Source: a virus
Reading direction: 5' to 3' (one strand)
Virus record (IMG/VR): IMGVR_UViG_3300031521_000030
Span: 1 to 64,000 of that record
DNA: 64,000 nucleotides
In this document: positions 51,608-60,832 of the stretch, one piece after another
How the letters are laid out: each line of letters starts with the position of its first letter
How positions within the stretch are numbered: position 1 is the first letter of the stretch
The notes under the pieces: model-generated
Told to the model about the DNA's origin: nothing
The model's database searches: none
The model's input: only the letters and a program-made list of their open reading frames with translations
Position numbers and translations under genes: made by a program

Positions 51608-52797
51608 GCGAAGCACCCGACGACTCCGACGACATTGTTGCCCACACCGATGGGTCCGGCAACACCACCTCATCCCATGCGGGCTGGGCCTTTAACATTG
51701 TCCACGCGGGCCGCATCATTTGCCGCTTCGGCTTCCGGGCCGGGGCAAGCAATAACGAGGCGGAACTCACGGCGGTTGTCCGGGTGCTTCAATTCGTCCG
51801 GCCCTCCAAACACCCGCTTGTCATCTACACCGACAGCGAATACGTGCGGGGGGCCGCCAACGAGTGGTGCGACAATTGGGAGCGCCAAGGTTGGATGACA
51901 GGGACGGGCAAGCCGGTGAGCAACGTGGAACTCATGCAGGAAATGATGAAGCTCCTTCGCTGGCAACGATCCTTCCGGCGGGTTACCATCCATTGGGTGC
52001 GCGGCCATGATGGCAACAAGCACAACGAGATGGCCGATGCCGTCGCTAAGTCAGCCCGTCTATCGCAGACGACCAATTGGCTTGTGCCAACGCACCTCCC
52101 CGCATGGGCTAACCCGGTTCTCATGCAACAGGCCAACCCAACCATCAAAGCCATTACAGCAAGGGTGAGGCGTCGTATCGGGCCGCCCCCGGAGCCCAAT
52201 GCAAGGGAGACAATCATCTCTCCCTGCGGCAAATACCGCTACATCCTTTGGCGGGAATGGGACCCGAGCAAACCCCATGCGGTCTTCGTGGGCCTCAACC
52301 CTTCGACGGCAGACGGGGAAAAGGACGATGCCACCATTAGACGGTGCGTGGCCTTCGCCAAGCGGTGGGGCTACGGTGCGCTTTGCATGGTCAACCTCTT
52401 TGCCTTCCGGGCAACCCTCCCCGGCCACATGCTCGCGGCAGAGGAGCCCATTGGGTTGGACAACGACAAGTGGTTGCTCCAAGCGGTTGAGGGCGCGGGC
52501 GTTGTGGTTGCCGCTTGGGGGCCGCCGGGCGTCCACATGAAGCGGGACCGGGCAGTTATGCAGTTGCTAGAGGGCAAGCTATCCTCCCTCCAACTTAGCA
52601 AGCACGGATTCCCCGGCCACCCCCTCTACCTAAAGGCTGACCTCACCCCGGTCCCCTTTAACCCGCTGCAACAAGTTGCAGAGAATTGCCCCAATTGCGG
52701 TGCCCAATCCATAGGGGGCATCTGCCAAAACTACGGGTGCGAGGGTGATTTCCATGGAAGGAACACCATTGGCGGGGCAAGCGTCCTTTCTGTTTGA
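51604..52797 (+). CDS. Ribonuclease HI fused to a DUF1643 domain
   Basis: TDGS, SNNEAEL, TDSEY, WVRGH, NEMAD; then CGKYRY.L.R.W, LNPSTAD, D.TIRR, HPLY. Confidence 0.85.
   Translation: MSEAPDDSDDIVAHTDGSGNTTSSHAGWAFNIVHAGRIICRFGFRAGASNNEAELTAVVRVLQFVRPSKHPLVIYTDSEYVRGAANEWCDNWERQGWMTGTGKPVSNVELMQEMMKLLRWQRSFRRVTIHWVRGHDGNKHNEMADAVAKSARLSQTTNWLVPTHLPAWANPVLMQQANPTIKAITARVRRRIGPPPEPNARETIISPCGKYRYILWREWDPSKPHAVFVGLNPSTADGEKDDATIRRCVAFAKRWGYGALCMVNLFAFRATLPGHMLAAEEPIGLDNDKWLLQAVEGAGVVVAAWGPPGVHMKRDRAVMQLLEGKLSSLQLSKHGFPGHPLYLKADLTPVPFNPLQQVAENCPNCGAQSIGGICQNYGCEGDFHGRNTIGGASVLSV
52667..52680. repeat. 14-bp palindrome, site 19
   Basis: In CDS. Confidence 0.9.
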
Positions 52798-52832
52798 CGG
52801 GGACTCTGCCGGTGGATTAGGGTTGGCGTCCT

Positions 52833-54476
52833 ATGAGTGAAGCGCCAGCCCCGACCCAAACCCTCACCCACAAATCTACCGCTCGGGTAATCTCCCGAGG
52901 GACCTATGATGGGGAATATGGCACCGTCCTCAAAGCGATGTCCGAATATGCCACCCGGCAAATGGAGGACCCGTTCAAGGATACCTACATTAGCGGGACC
53001 GGCCCCGGCAGCGGCTTTGGCATCATTGCCCCGCCCTACAACCTTTATGAGCTAACCCGGCTCGTTACCCTCTCCAACTGCCTCGGCCAATGTATCGCGG
53101 CCATGGCAACCAACATCGAAGGCTTCGGCTACACGTTGGAGTATATTGGGGCGGAAGGCGCTCAAGAAAGCCCGGTGGCACTAGCTGAGAAGCAGCGCAT
53201 TGATGATCTCTTTGCCCAACCGAATGGCGATTATGACTTCACCACTCTGCGCAAGAGGGTGCGGACGGATTTTGAAACCGTAGGCGATGGCTACTTTGAA
53301 TGCGGGCGGGATGAAAAAGGCAACATTTCCTTCATCTACCATGTCCCCTCCCAAACCATCCGGCTCACCAAAAAGGAACCGGAGTTCACCACCATTTCCA
53401 AGTGGCTCAACCGGGGTGGCAAACTCACCGAGGTCAAGATTAAGAAGCGGCTTCGGCGGTTTGTCCAGTTGGTTGGTGCCAAGCGCGTCTATTTCAAAGA
53501 GTTTGGCGACCCCCGCGTAATTAGCTCGGAGACGGGTGAGGTATGCAATGGCCTCCCGCCGGACCAACAAGCCACGGAAATCCTTTGGCTATCCCGCTAC
53601 GTGACCGGGGAGACATACGGCTTGCCCCGCCATATCAACAACCTGCCCGCTATCCTTGGCTCCCGCGAAAGCGAGATGACCAATTTGCGGTTCTTTGAGG
53701 ACAATGCAATCCCCGCGATGGCGGTGTTGGTTAGCGGCGGCTACTTGACGGAGGAATCCGTAACGGCCATCGAAGGTGCCTTCAATATGAAGGGCCGGGA
53801 ATCCATGAACCGCGTGCTTGTCTTGGAGGCCCAAAATAACCAAGACGCCAGCGTTGTGGAGGGTCAAAGCCCCGTCCCGAAGATGGAATTGAAACCCCTA
53901 ACCGCCGACCGTCAAGGGGATGCACTCTTCCAAGAATATGACTCCAACAACCAAGCAAAAGTCCGGGGCAGTTTTCGCCTCCCACAAATCTTGGTTGGGC
54001 GCTCCGATGACTATAACCGCGCAACCGCCGAGGCCGCATTAGACACCGCCGAGCAACAGGTGTTCGGGCCGGAGCGCAACGAGGTGGATAATGCCATCAA
54101 CCAGAAGCTCCTTTTGTTTGAGGGGAAGCCAACGGTGTTCTGGCGGTTCCGCTCAAACCCCGCCCGCTTGGTTGCCAACGATGTCAAATTGGCCAGCATT
54201 GAGAAACTCGACAAAGCCGGGGCCATGACCCCCAACCTTGCCATCGAAATGTCCAACGAGATGTTCGATAGGCACACTGAGAAGATCAAGGAACCGTGGG
54301 GCGATATGCCCTTCGCATTCATCACGGCGCTCATTGCAGCGGGCAAGCTCAAACCAAAGGGCCTTCCTAGCCCGGAGGAACTCGCGGGGAGTCTCTCCTC
54401 GTCAACAATGGAGGTGCCACCCGCCCCCGTTGAGCCCGCAGCCAAACCAGCAAAAAAGCCAAAGCCAGCCAAATAA
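52833..54476 (+). CDS. Portal protein (PBSX/XkdE-like)
   Basis: GDGYFE..RD, HVPSQTIR, YGLP, FFEDNAIP, YNRATAE. Confidence 0.88.
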   Translation: MSEAPAPTQTLTHKSTARVISRGTYDGEYGTVLKAMSEYATRQMEDPFKDTYISGTGPGSGFGIIAPPYNLYELTRLVTLSNCLGQCIAAMATNIEGFGYTLEYIGAEGAQESPVALAEKQRIDDLFAQPNGDYDFTTLRKRVRTDFETVGDGYFECGRDEKGNISFIYHVPSQTIRLTKKEPEFTTISKWLNRGGKLTEVKIKKRLRRFVQLVGAKRVYFKEFGDPRVISSETGEVCNGLPPDQQATEILWLSRYVTGETYGLPRHINNLPAILGSRESEMTNLRFFEDNAIPAMAVLVSGGYLTEESVTAIEGAFNMKGRESMNRVLVLEAQNNQDASVVEGQSPVPKMELKPLTADRQGDALFQEYDSNNQAKVRGSFRLPQILVGRSDDYNRATAEAALDTAEQQVFGPERNEVDNAINQKLLLFEGKPTVFWRFRSNPARLVANDVKLASIEKLDKAGAMTPNLAIEMSNEMFDRHTEKIKEPWGDMPFAFITALIAAGKLKPKGLPSPEELAGSLSSSTMEVPPAPVEPAAKPAKKPKPAK

Positions 54477-54477
54477 C

Positions 54478-55425
54478 ATGACCGCCAAACAACTCGCTCC
54501 CTACCTCGACCGGGTTAGCAAGGTGGAACTCCCGCCTACAACGTGCGGTTGTGCCCATTGCATGAAGGCGGCCAAGCAACCCGGTGGGGAAACCGTCCCC
54601 AAGGATGACCATTTCATCAAGGAGGAGCTTGCCCTTGCCGCCTTATTGCTGGCCTTGTGGGAAGCCGCTGTGGCTTCGACGGGCATTGAAGCGACCATCA
54701 AGGCTGCCGGGGCTACGCGCAACGTCAACGTGATTGACACCACATTGGAAAACGCCGACGAGGACATGGCCAAGGCAACCTTCACCGATGAGGGTAAAAA
54801 GGAATCGGAGGATACCCTCCACAAGTCCTTTATGGTTGGCTTCCTATTGGCCGGGGCCGCTGCCGCTGCTGCCGCTCGCATGGCCGCCTCCATTAAGCGC
54901 ACCCTCTTTGGCTACAACTCTCAGGTCGGCTATTGGACCAACCATTACTTCGCCCGCATCGCGCACCCGGCTCTTATGGAGGCCGTGCTTGCCGATGGGG
55001 TTAGCATCACCGGCACAAATGATTTGGAGGCCGTGCTAGAGGCGGTCATGGCGAGGGTTATCAAAGGCACCGAGGTTTATTGGCGCATCGTGGCCAACCA
55101 AACAATGAGCCGGGCGCACCATTATGGCATCCTTCGCGGGGCGCAAGAGCAAGGGAAGCTGGGCTACCGCCTTGTGGCCGTTATTGATCTTCGCACCACC
55201 GACCTTTGCCGAGGGTTAGACGGGAAGGAGTTTTGGGTTGCCGATGCCATTGAGCATCTGGAACGGGTTGCAGAAACCGACCCCGCCGACATCGGCAAGG
55301 TTGCCCCATGGGTCAAGTGGGATGATGTAAAGGGCAAGTCGAACGCTGAGTTGTCATCCTTGGGGGTGCTTTGCCCTCCCTTCCATAGTTTTTGTCGGAC
55401 GACGCTTGTAGCGTTCTCGACTTGA
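54478..55425 (+). CDS. Head morphogenesis protein (MuF / SPP1 gp7-like)
   Basis: AVID.RTT..C..LDG, PPFH..CRT. Confidence 0.85.
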   Translation: MTAKQLAPYLDRVSKVELPPTTCGCAHCMKAAKQPGGETVPKDDHFIKEELALAALLLALWEAAVASTGIEATIKAAGATRNVNVIDTTLENADEDMAKATFTDEGKKESEDTLHKSFMVGFLLAGAAAAAAARMAASIKRTLFGYNSQVGYWTNHYFARIAHPALMEAVLADGVSITGTNDLEAVLEAVMARVIKGTEVYWRIVANQTMSRAHHYGILRGAQEQGKLGYRLVAVIDLRTTDLCRGLDGKEFWVADAIEHLERVAETDPADIGKVAPWVKWDDVKGKSNAELSSLGVLCPPFHSFCRTTLVAFST

Positions 55426-55457
55426 CAACATGGATGGGGTAGGGCATTATTTGCCGC

Positions 55458-56141
55458 ATGTTCAAACTACCCCTTCGCCGTAGGAAAAAGCTCTGTGGAA
55501 GACACTCCCTTGTTGATTTGGCTGATTTGGGTATAATCCTCAATACGGCTACAAATTGGGCTCTGTCTGACCATGGTTACGCCGTGGCCACAATAGGGAC
55601 CCGCATGCTTTACCTGCACCGTCTATTGATGGGGGACATCGTTGAGGGAAAACAGGTTGACCACATCAATGGGGACAAGCTGGACAACCGCCGGGAGAAT
55701 CTTCGGGTATGCACGGCAAGGGAAAACCAAGCCAACACGGCCAAGCAAGCCCGCCCAACCTACTCAAAGTTCAAGGGGGTTTGCCAATCGGCGGGCCATT
55801 GGCGGGCATATATTGCAACATCGGATAAGCAGACCCACCTTGGCAGCTTTGCAACCGAAGGGGAGGCGGCCTATGCCTACAACCTTGCTGCCATAGAACG
55901 CTTCGGAGCATTTGCAAAATTAAACGATGTTCCCGAGGTTCCTCTCAACCGCCTCGACAATAGGCAACCGGGGGCAACCGGCTTCAAAGGGGTAAAGGCA
56001 CGCACAAATGGGACGTTCATTGCGCGTGCTAAAGTTAAGGGCAAGGAGGTTCATATTGGGACATTCCCAACCGCAGAGGGGGCAAGCAGAGCCCGCGCCC
56101 GCTACATTGGCCGGACAACATTGGTCCCCTTCACAACCTAA
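55458..56141 (+). CDS. HNH-AP2 homing endonuclease
   Basis: VDHINGDKLDNRRENLR, SKFKGV, HLGSF..AA.AYN; second AP2 repeat. Confidence 0.9.
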   Translation: MFKLPLRRRKKLCGRHSLVDLADLGIILNTATNWALSDHGYAVATIGTRMLYLHRLLMGDIVEGKQVDHINGDKLDNRRENLRVCTARENQANTAKQARPTYSKFKGVCQSAGHWRAYIATSDKQTHLGSFATEGEAAYAYNLAAIERFGAFAKLNDVPEVPLNRLDNRQPGATGFKGVKARTNGTFIARAKVKGKEVHIGTFPTAEGASRARARYIGRTTLVPFTT

Positions 56142-56145
56142 TCTC

Positions 56146-56159
56146 TGCAACAAGTTGCA
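56146..56159. repeat. 14-bp palindrome, site 20
   Basis: Between two HNH genes. Confidence 0.9.
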
Positions 56160-56202
56160 GTTTTGACTTGCCGTGGATTGTGACCATGAGATGAGTCCGT
56201 CC

Positions 56203-56736
56203 ATGTTCCGTGTTTGCAAAACCGACGACGACCAGCAGATTGCCCCCATCGTGGGGCACCCCAATTATTTTGTGGGCTCTGATGGTCGCGTCTATTCCTG
56301 TGCCCCACTGAATGGCCGGGGAGCACCTCTCCCCTTCTCAAGCAAACGAGAGCTACTCATCCAGCACACCCCCAAGGGTTATTGCACCATAATGGTTGAC
56401 CGGAAGACTGTGGCGGTCCATTCCCTTGTTCTTAACCACTTCGTTGGGTCCCCTAAAGAGGGCCAACAATGCCGCCACTTGAATGGCAACAAGGACGATA
56501 ATGCCATGGGGAATCTTGCATGGGGCTCCGGGCTGGATCAGCACAATGACCGCGTGCGGCATGGGACAGCACTCATGGGAGTTAGGCACCCCCAAGCAGT
56601 TCTGGACCAGATCAAAGTTTGCCTTGTTCGTCGCCTTCGTGCTCGGAAGTGGTCCCTTCGGGAAATTGCAAAGGCCCTTGGGGTAAGCACTACTCCTATT
56701 CGCCATGTTTTCAACGGGGGGTATGCCCATGTTTAA
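56203..56736 (+). CDS. HNH homing endonuclease
   Basis: VHSLVLNHFVG, CRHLNGNKDDN..NLAW; C-terminal HTH. Confidence 0.88.
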   Translation: MFRVCKTDDDQQIAPIVGHPNYFVGSDGRVYSCAPLNGRGAPLPFSSKRELLIQHTPKGYCTIMVDRKTVAVHSLVLNHFVGSPKEGQQCRHLNGNKDDNAMGNLAWGSGLDQHNDRVRHGTALMGVRHPQAVLDQIKVCLVRRLRARKWSLREIAKALGVSTTPIRHVFNGGYAHV

Positions 56737-57286
56737 GGTCTGCAAAATGGATGACGATCAGCAAATCGTCGAAGGCGAAGTCTATGCCCCCAATACTCTC
56801 GACACCCATGGCGAGATGATGACGGCGGATGCGGTGGAGACTATTTGCCACCGCTTCATGCAAATCCACTCCCTCAAGGAGACGATTGATACGCAGCACA
56901 ACAATCTTCCCGCCGAATGCTACCCCATTGAATCCTTCATTGCCCGCAAAGGCGACCCGGACTATACCGAGGGCGCATGGGTGCTGGCCGTTAAGGTAGA
57001 GGACCCAACTTTGTGGGCCTCCGTTAAAAAGGGGGAACTCAATGGCTTCTCCTTCGAGGCATACGTGAGCAAGCAGCAAGCGATTGTCGAGTTGCAGGTT
57101 TTCCCCCAGAGCATAGGGGAAACGGAGGAGGCCGAGGGCCATGCTCACTTCTTCATTGCCGAGTTGAATGCCGATGGGAAAGTTGTTTCCGGGCGCACAA
57201 GCGAGGCCGCCGGACACTCCCACATGATAACCAAGGGCACCGCCACGTTGGAAAGTGCTGGACATGCCCATCGTTTTGTCGTCTAA
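56729..57286 (+). CDS. XkdF-like prohead serine protease
   Basis: QIV.GEVYAP..DTHG, ID.QH, ESFIA, GAWV, KKGELNGFS. Confidence 0.85.
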   Translation: MFKVCKMDDDQQIVEGEVYAPNTLDTHGEMMTADAVETICHRFMQIHSLKETIDTQHNNLPAECYPIESFIARKGDPDYTEGAWVLAVKVEDPTLWASVKKGELNGFSFEAYVSKQQAIVELQVFPQSIGETEEAEGHAHFFIAELNADGKVVSGRTSEAAGHSHMITKGTATLESAGHAHRFVV

Positions 57287-57293
57287 CAAGATT

Positions 57294-58754
57294 ATGACTC
57301 GCAACCCCATCACCGTCCAAAAGGTCGTCACCCTTCTATCCGACGCGCATCCAACTTTCGTCTCTCTTGTTGGGCATGGGGCTAATCAGACCCCTTTCAA
57401 GTCCGTCAAGGTAGCCGAGCTTCCACAAACTCAACCCATTGCAGACACCACTATGAGCAAACCCGCCGAACCCGTTACCAAGGGCGCAGTCGGGGCACCG
57501 CCAGCCGGAACCGAGATCAATAAGATCGTGTTCGCGGGTGAGCAGTTCCCGACCGATGCCGCCGTCACTACCTACCTTACCGCCAAGGGTTATTCCAACT
57601 TCGCCGTCGAGGCCGTGGATAGCAGCTTCGTGGTAAAGGCCATGGACGAAAACGCATTTGAATCCATCACGCCAATTGCGGCTACGGATGCGGGTGTTAC
57701 CTTTTTTGTCGGTAAACTGGCCGCCGGGGCCGATCCCATTGCCACAGCCGTTATTGCCGCCCCCGTGGTTGCAACCAAGGCCGAGGTTCCCGTTGTCGTT
57801 GTCGCCCGCGAGCGCACGAAGGTTAGCAAGGCCGAGGTTCGCCGCAACCAGTTCAAGGTTACCAAAGCCGACGAAACCCCGGACCAACTCGTCCAGAAGT
57901 ATTGCGACTATTATTGCTGCTGCGGGCCGGAGGTTGGGGAGCTAACGCTTGCCGACGCCATCGCCGATGTCAATTGCGGTCTGCCAGTTGGGTATTGGGA
58001 TGTCAATGATGCCTTCCGCCAAGCCCTCCGCAACCGCATCCTCACCGGGGACGTTGCTGGCATTGCTGCCCTTGCAACTCAATTTGGTGAAATACTTGTC
58101 AAACTCTGCAACATCTGTTCCACTACCACCATGAAATCCGAAGACAACCAAGCCGCTATCGACGCACTCCTCCCGAGCCGCAAGGACTTCGGAACGCAGG
58201 TGCCCAAAGTTGTAGCCATCCCCGCCGGGACAACTGACCCAATCATTGCGCAGCCCGGCACCATCCCGGCAACCCCCGGCACGATTGCCCTGCCAACCGG
58301 CGGCAACACCCTGCCCGTTATTAGCCAACCCGGAACCATTCCGGCGGTTGTAGCTGGCGCGGTTGTAGTCCCCGGCGGTGCGGGCTCCCCGGCGGAACCC
58401 TTGGCCCAACCCGGAACTCTTCCCGCCGTGCCCGGTGCGGTAACTTTGCCAACCGGCACCGTGCCCGTTGTGCCCTCCGACCTTGGCTCCCTAGCCACGG
58501 CGATGACCACTTTGCAGAATACGCTGAACACCCTCATCCAAGGGCAAACATCCCTCGCAACCAAAAGCGACATTTCGGAAGTTTCCGAGAAGGTCACCAA
58601 GGCAGAGGGCCGCTTGACCGTGATTGAAGAGGTCCGGCAGATTCGCAAGAGCGCGGACTCCGACGACGCTACCGTCAACGGGGGCGCTGGCAGCCCTGCG
58701 GGGGAAGCCCCGAAGTTGACCAAGACTCAGAAAAACATTCTTGGCATCCAGTAA
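57294..58754 (+). CDS. Putative head scaffold protein
   Basis: VSLV..GAN N-terminus, low-complexity repeats, C-terminal coiled coil; lies between protease and major capsid gene. Confidence 0.6.
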   Translation: MTRNPITVQKVVTLLSDAHPTFVSLVGHGANQTPFKSVKVAELPQTQPIADTTMSKPAEPVTKGAVGAPPAGTEINKIVFAGEQFPTDAAVTTYLTAKGYSNFAVEAVDSSFVVKAMDENAFESITPIAATDAGVTFFVGKLAAGADPIATAVIAAPVVATKAEVPVVVVARERTKVSKAEVRRNQFKVTKADETPDQLVQKYCDYYCCCGPEVGELTLADAIADVNCGLPVGYWDVNDAFRQALRNRILTGDVAGIAALATQFGEILVKLCNICSTTTMKSEDNQAAIDALLPSRKDFGTQVPKVVAIPAGTTDPIIAQPGTIPATPGTIALPTGGNTLPVISQPGTIPAVVAGAVVVPGGAGSPAEPLAQPGTLPAVPGAVTLPTGTVPVVPSDLGSLATAMTTLQNTLNTLIQGQTSLATKSDISEVSEKVTKAEGRLTVIEEVRQIRKSADSDDATVNGGAGSPAGEAPKLTKTQKNILGIQ

Positions 58755-58823
58755 GGCGAACCCAAAGGAAAACCAAAACCCTCGCAAGAGGTAACGCAAA
58801 CCAAAACTAACCCAGCAAATAAT

Positions 58824-59741
58824 ATGTCTCAGGAACTCATTCAACGTGCGGATTTGGTCTTGGCGAACCTGCAAACCAACGGCGGTATCCTTAACCCGGA
58901 ACAAGCCGACCGTTTCATTCAGGTCCTCGTCGATGAACCCACCATCCTCAATGTCGCTCGCACCGTCACCATGGCGGGGCCAACGATGGAACTCAACAAG
59001 ATCGGCTTCGGTTCGCGCATCATGCGTGCTGCCGTTGAAAACACCCGCCTTGCGGCTGCTGATCGCGTTAAGCCAACCACAAGCAAGGTTTCCCTCGCCA
59101 CGAAGGAAGTCATCGCTGAAATCCTTCTGCCTTACGCGGTGTTGGAAGACAACATCGAAAAGGGCAATCTGGAAAACACCATCCTCACCCTGATCGCTAA
59201 GCGTGCGGCCACCGACTTCGAAGAGTTGGTTATCCTCGGCGACCAGTCGCTTGCAGGGACCGACCCTTACCTTGGGTTGCTGGACGGCGTTGTGAAGCGC
59301 ATCACGGCCCATGAGGTCGATGCACTCACCACCGGCATTTCGGCCAACACCTTCAACAACGCCCTCAAGGCGCTGCCGAAGAAATACCGCCGGAACAAAA
59401 ACCTGCTCAAGTTCCTCTTGGGTTCGGACGCCGAACAGGATTGGCGCAACAAGATCGCTGCCCGGCAGACCATTCTTGGTGATAGCACCTTGGTTGGCTC
59501 CGCTCCAAGCACGGTCCACGGCGTTGGCATTCTGCCCGCAGCCCTGATGCCTGATGGCGTTGGTATCCTTACCAACCCGCAGAACATCATCATCGGTATC
59601 CAGCGGAATTTCCGCTTGGAGTCCTTCCGCATGATCGGCGAGCGCCAGTATCAAATCGTTCTGACCGCCCGCGTGGATGTCCAGATCGAGGAGACGGATG
59701 CCGCCGTCAAGATCGTCAACTTCGAGGACATCGAAGCGTAA
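58824..59741 (+). CDS. Major capsid protein (HK97 fold, XkdG-like)
   Basis: GGILNPEQADRFI, VLEDNIE, D.EEL.ILGD, LTNPQN. Confidence 0.92.
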   Translation: MSQELIQRADLVLANLQTNGGILNPEQADRFIQVLVDEPTILNVARTVTMAGPTMELNKIGFGSRIMRAAVENTRLAAADRVKPTTSKVSLATKEVIAEILLPYAVLEDNIEKGNLENTILTLIAKRAATDFEELVILGDQSLAGTDPYLGLLDGVVKRITAHEVDALTTGISANTFNNALKALPKKYRRNKNLLKFLLGSDAEQDWRNKIAARQTILGDSTLVGSAPSTVHGVGILPAALMPDGVGILTNPQNIIIGIQRNFRLESFRMIGERQYQIVLTARVDVQIEETDAAVKIVNFEDIEA

Positions 59742-59763
59742 GCCATAGGGCAAGACCACTCAT

Positions 59764-59791
59764 GCCCCTTCCCTTTAACCGGGGGAGGGGC
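59764..59791 (+). terminator. GC-rich hairpin after the capsid gene
   Basis: GCCCCTTCCC / GGGGGAGGGGC stem; weak U tract. Confidence 0.45.
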
Positions 59792-59826
59792 CTTCAACCA
59801 AAGCAGCACGCAACTCATTTATTTTT

Positions 59827-60111
59827 ATGGCCGAAGACATTGCATCCACCGACGAAACCCCCGCCCCCAAAGTGGCTGGGCTCACCGCAACCCTCGTCTA
59901 CGGGGAAACCTACTACCTTGGTAACAAACGCTTCGAGGTCAAAAAGCCCGTATCCGTTACCGAAGCAGAGGCCGCAGCCCTCAAGCCGAAGGTTGTCTCG
60001 CGCACCATCATTGATGGGGACAAGCGGGACTCCATTGACACCCCTCGCTTCAAAATCGAAGGGTCTGCCCCGGCGGCCCCTCGCGCACGCGCCCCTCGCG
60101 CAACCGCCTAA
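59827..60111 (+). CDS. Small virion-associated hypothetical protein
   Basis: ORF between capsid and connector genes. Confidence 0.65.
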   Translation: MAEDIASTDETPAPKVAGLTATLVYGETYYLGNKRFEVKKPVSVTEAEAAALKPKVVSRTIIDGDKRDSIDTPRFKIEGSAPAAPRARAPRATA

Positions 60112-60115
60112 TCGC

Positions 60116-60129
60116 TGCAACTTGTTGCA
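60116..60129. repeat. 14-bp palindrome, site 21
   Basis: Intergenic, head region. Confidence 0.9.
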
Positions 60130-60142
60130 CCACTCATAACCT

Positions 60143-60832
60143 ATGCGTTCCCGTATTATTACCCCACCGGCCTCCGAGCCCATAACGCTCGATGAGGCGA
60201 AGGAGTATTTGCGGGTTACGCATGGGCATGAGGACGCGACCATTACCCGGCAAATCCGGGCGGCCCGCGTGGCTTGCGAGCACCAAGCGCGTATGTCCTT
60301 TGTCACCCAAACGTGGGAGACTTCCTATACCATTCCCAAAGCGGTTATCCGCCCTCTATTGATGCCCTCAAGCATCTCCGACCCCGATGGTGTTTTGGGT
60401 GGTTTGCGGGTTATGCACAAGCCCGCTGCATCCGTTGTGAGCGTCTCGGCACTATGCCGGGGCAAGGCCCCAACGGTTGTCCCGGACACCGAGTATGTCC
60501 TTGACCTTGGGACGCAGAGGATCGAATGGGCTAACCGGCAAAACCTCTGCCAAGGTTATTTGAATGGCAACGACATTGTGCTTGCCCAATATGTTACGGG
60601 CTATTCGGTGGAGGACTTGAACCTCATCCACCCAAGCATCGTCGAGGCCATCTATATCGTTCTCAGCAACTTGTATGAGAACAAGGGCCTAAGCAGCCAA
60701 GTCTTGCCTCCAACGGCAATCGAACTTCTGGCCCCTTATTGGACCTCACCAACTTTCGACAAAACCCCAACCCCGGAGCAACCCTCTTATGAAATTTGGT
60801 CGCAAGGTCGTTGGTTTGACCAGTCGCAATAG
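60143..60832 (+). CDS. Head-tail connector (gp6-like)
   Basis: EPITLDEAKEYLRV, TQTW, NLYENK, LLAPY. Confidence 0.85.
   Translation: MRSRIITPPASEPITLDEAKEYLRVTHGHEDATITRQIRAARVACEHQARMSFVTQTWETSYTIPKAVIRPLLMPSSISDPDGVLGGLRVMHKPAASVVSVSALCRGKAPTVVPDTEYVLDLGTQRIEWANRQNLCQGYLNGNDIVLAQYVTGYSVEDLNLIHPSIVEAIYIVLSNLYENKGLSSQVLPPTAIELLAPYWTSPTFDKTPTPEQPSYEIWSQGRWFDQSQ

Larger units (their letters stand above)
22017..52797 (+). other. Accessory/early gene region: roughly 70 short, co-oriented, often translationally coupled ORFs, mostly of unknown function
   Basis: Tiling + strand ORFs with ATGA/TAATG overlaps; 14 copies of the conserved promoter lie in or just before this block. Confidence 0.85.

Noticed and set aside
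52809-56180. CC(G)GTGGATT upstream of the portal and the protease region as a late promoter
   Set aside because: Only two loose copies; insufficient support.
56242-56728. Group I intron in the protease gene
   Set aside because: The HNH ORF fills the interval, leaving no room for a ribozyme core, and the downstream gene has its own complete start.
1650-59759. Long minus-strand ORFs (1650-2762, 6227-7642, 9747-10571, 13763-14491, 58491-59759)
   Set aside because: Shadow ORFs opposite well-supported genes in GC-rich DNA; no motifs or promoters.
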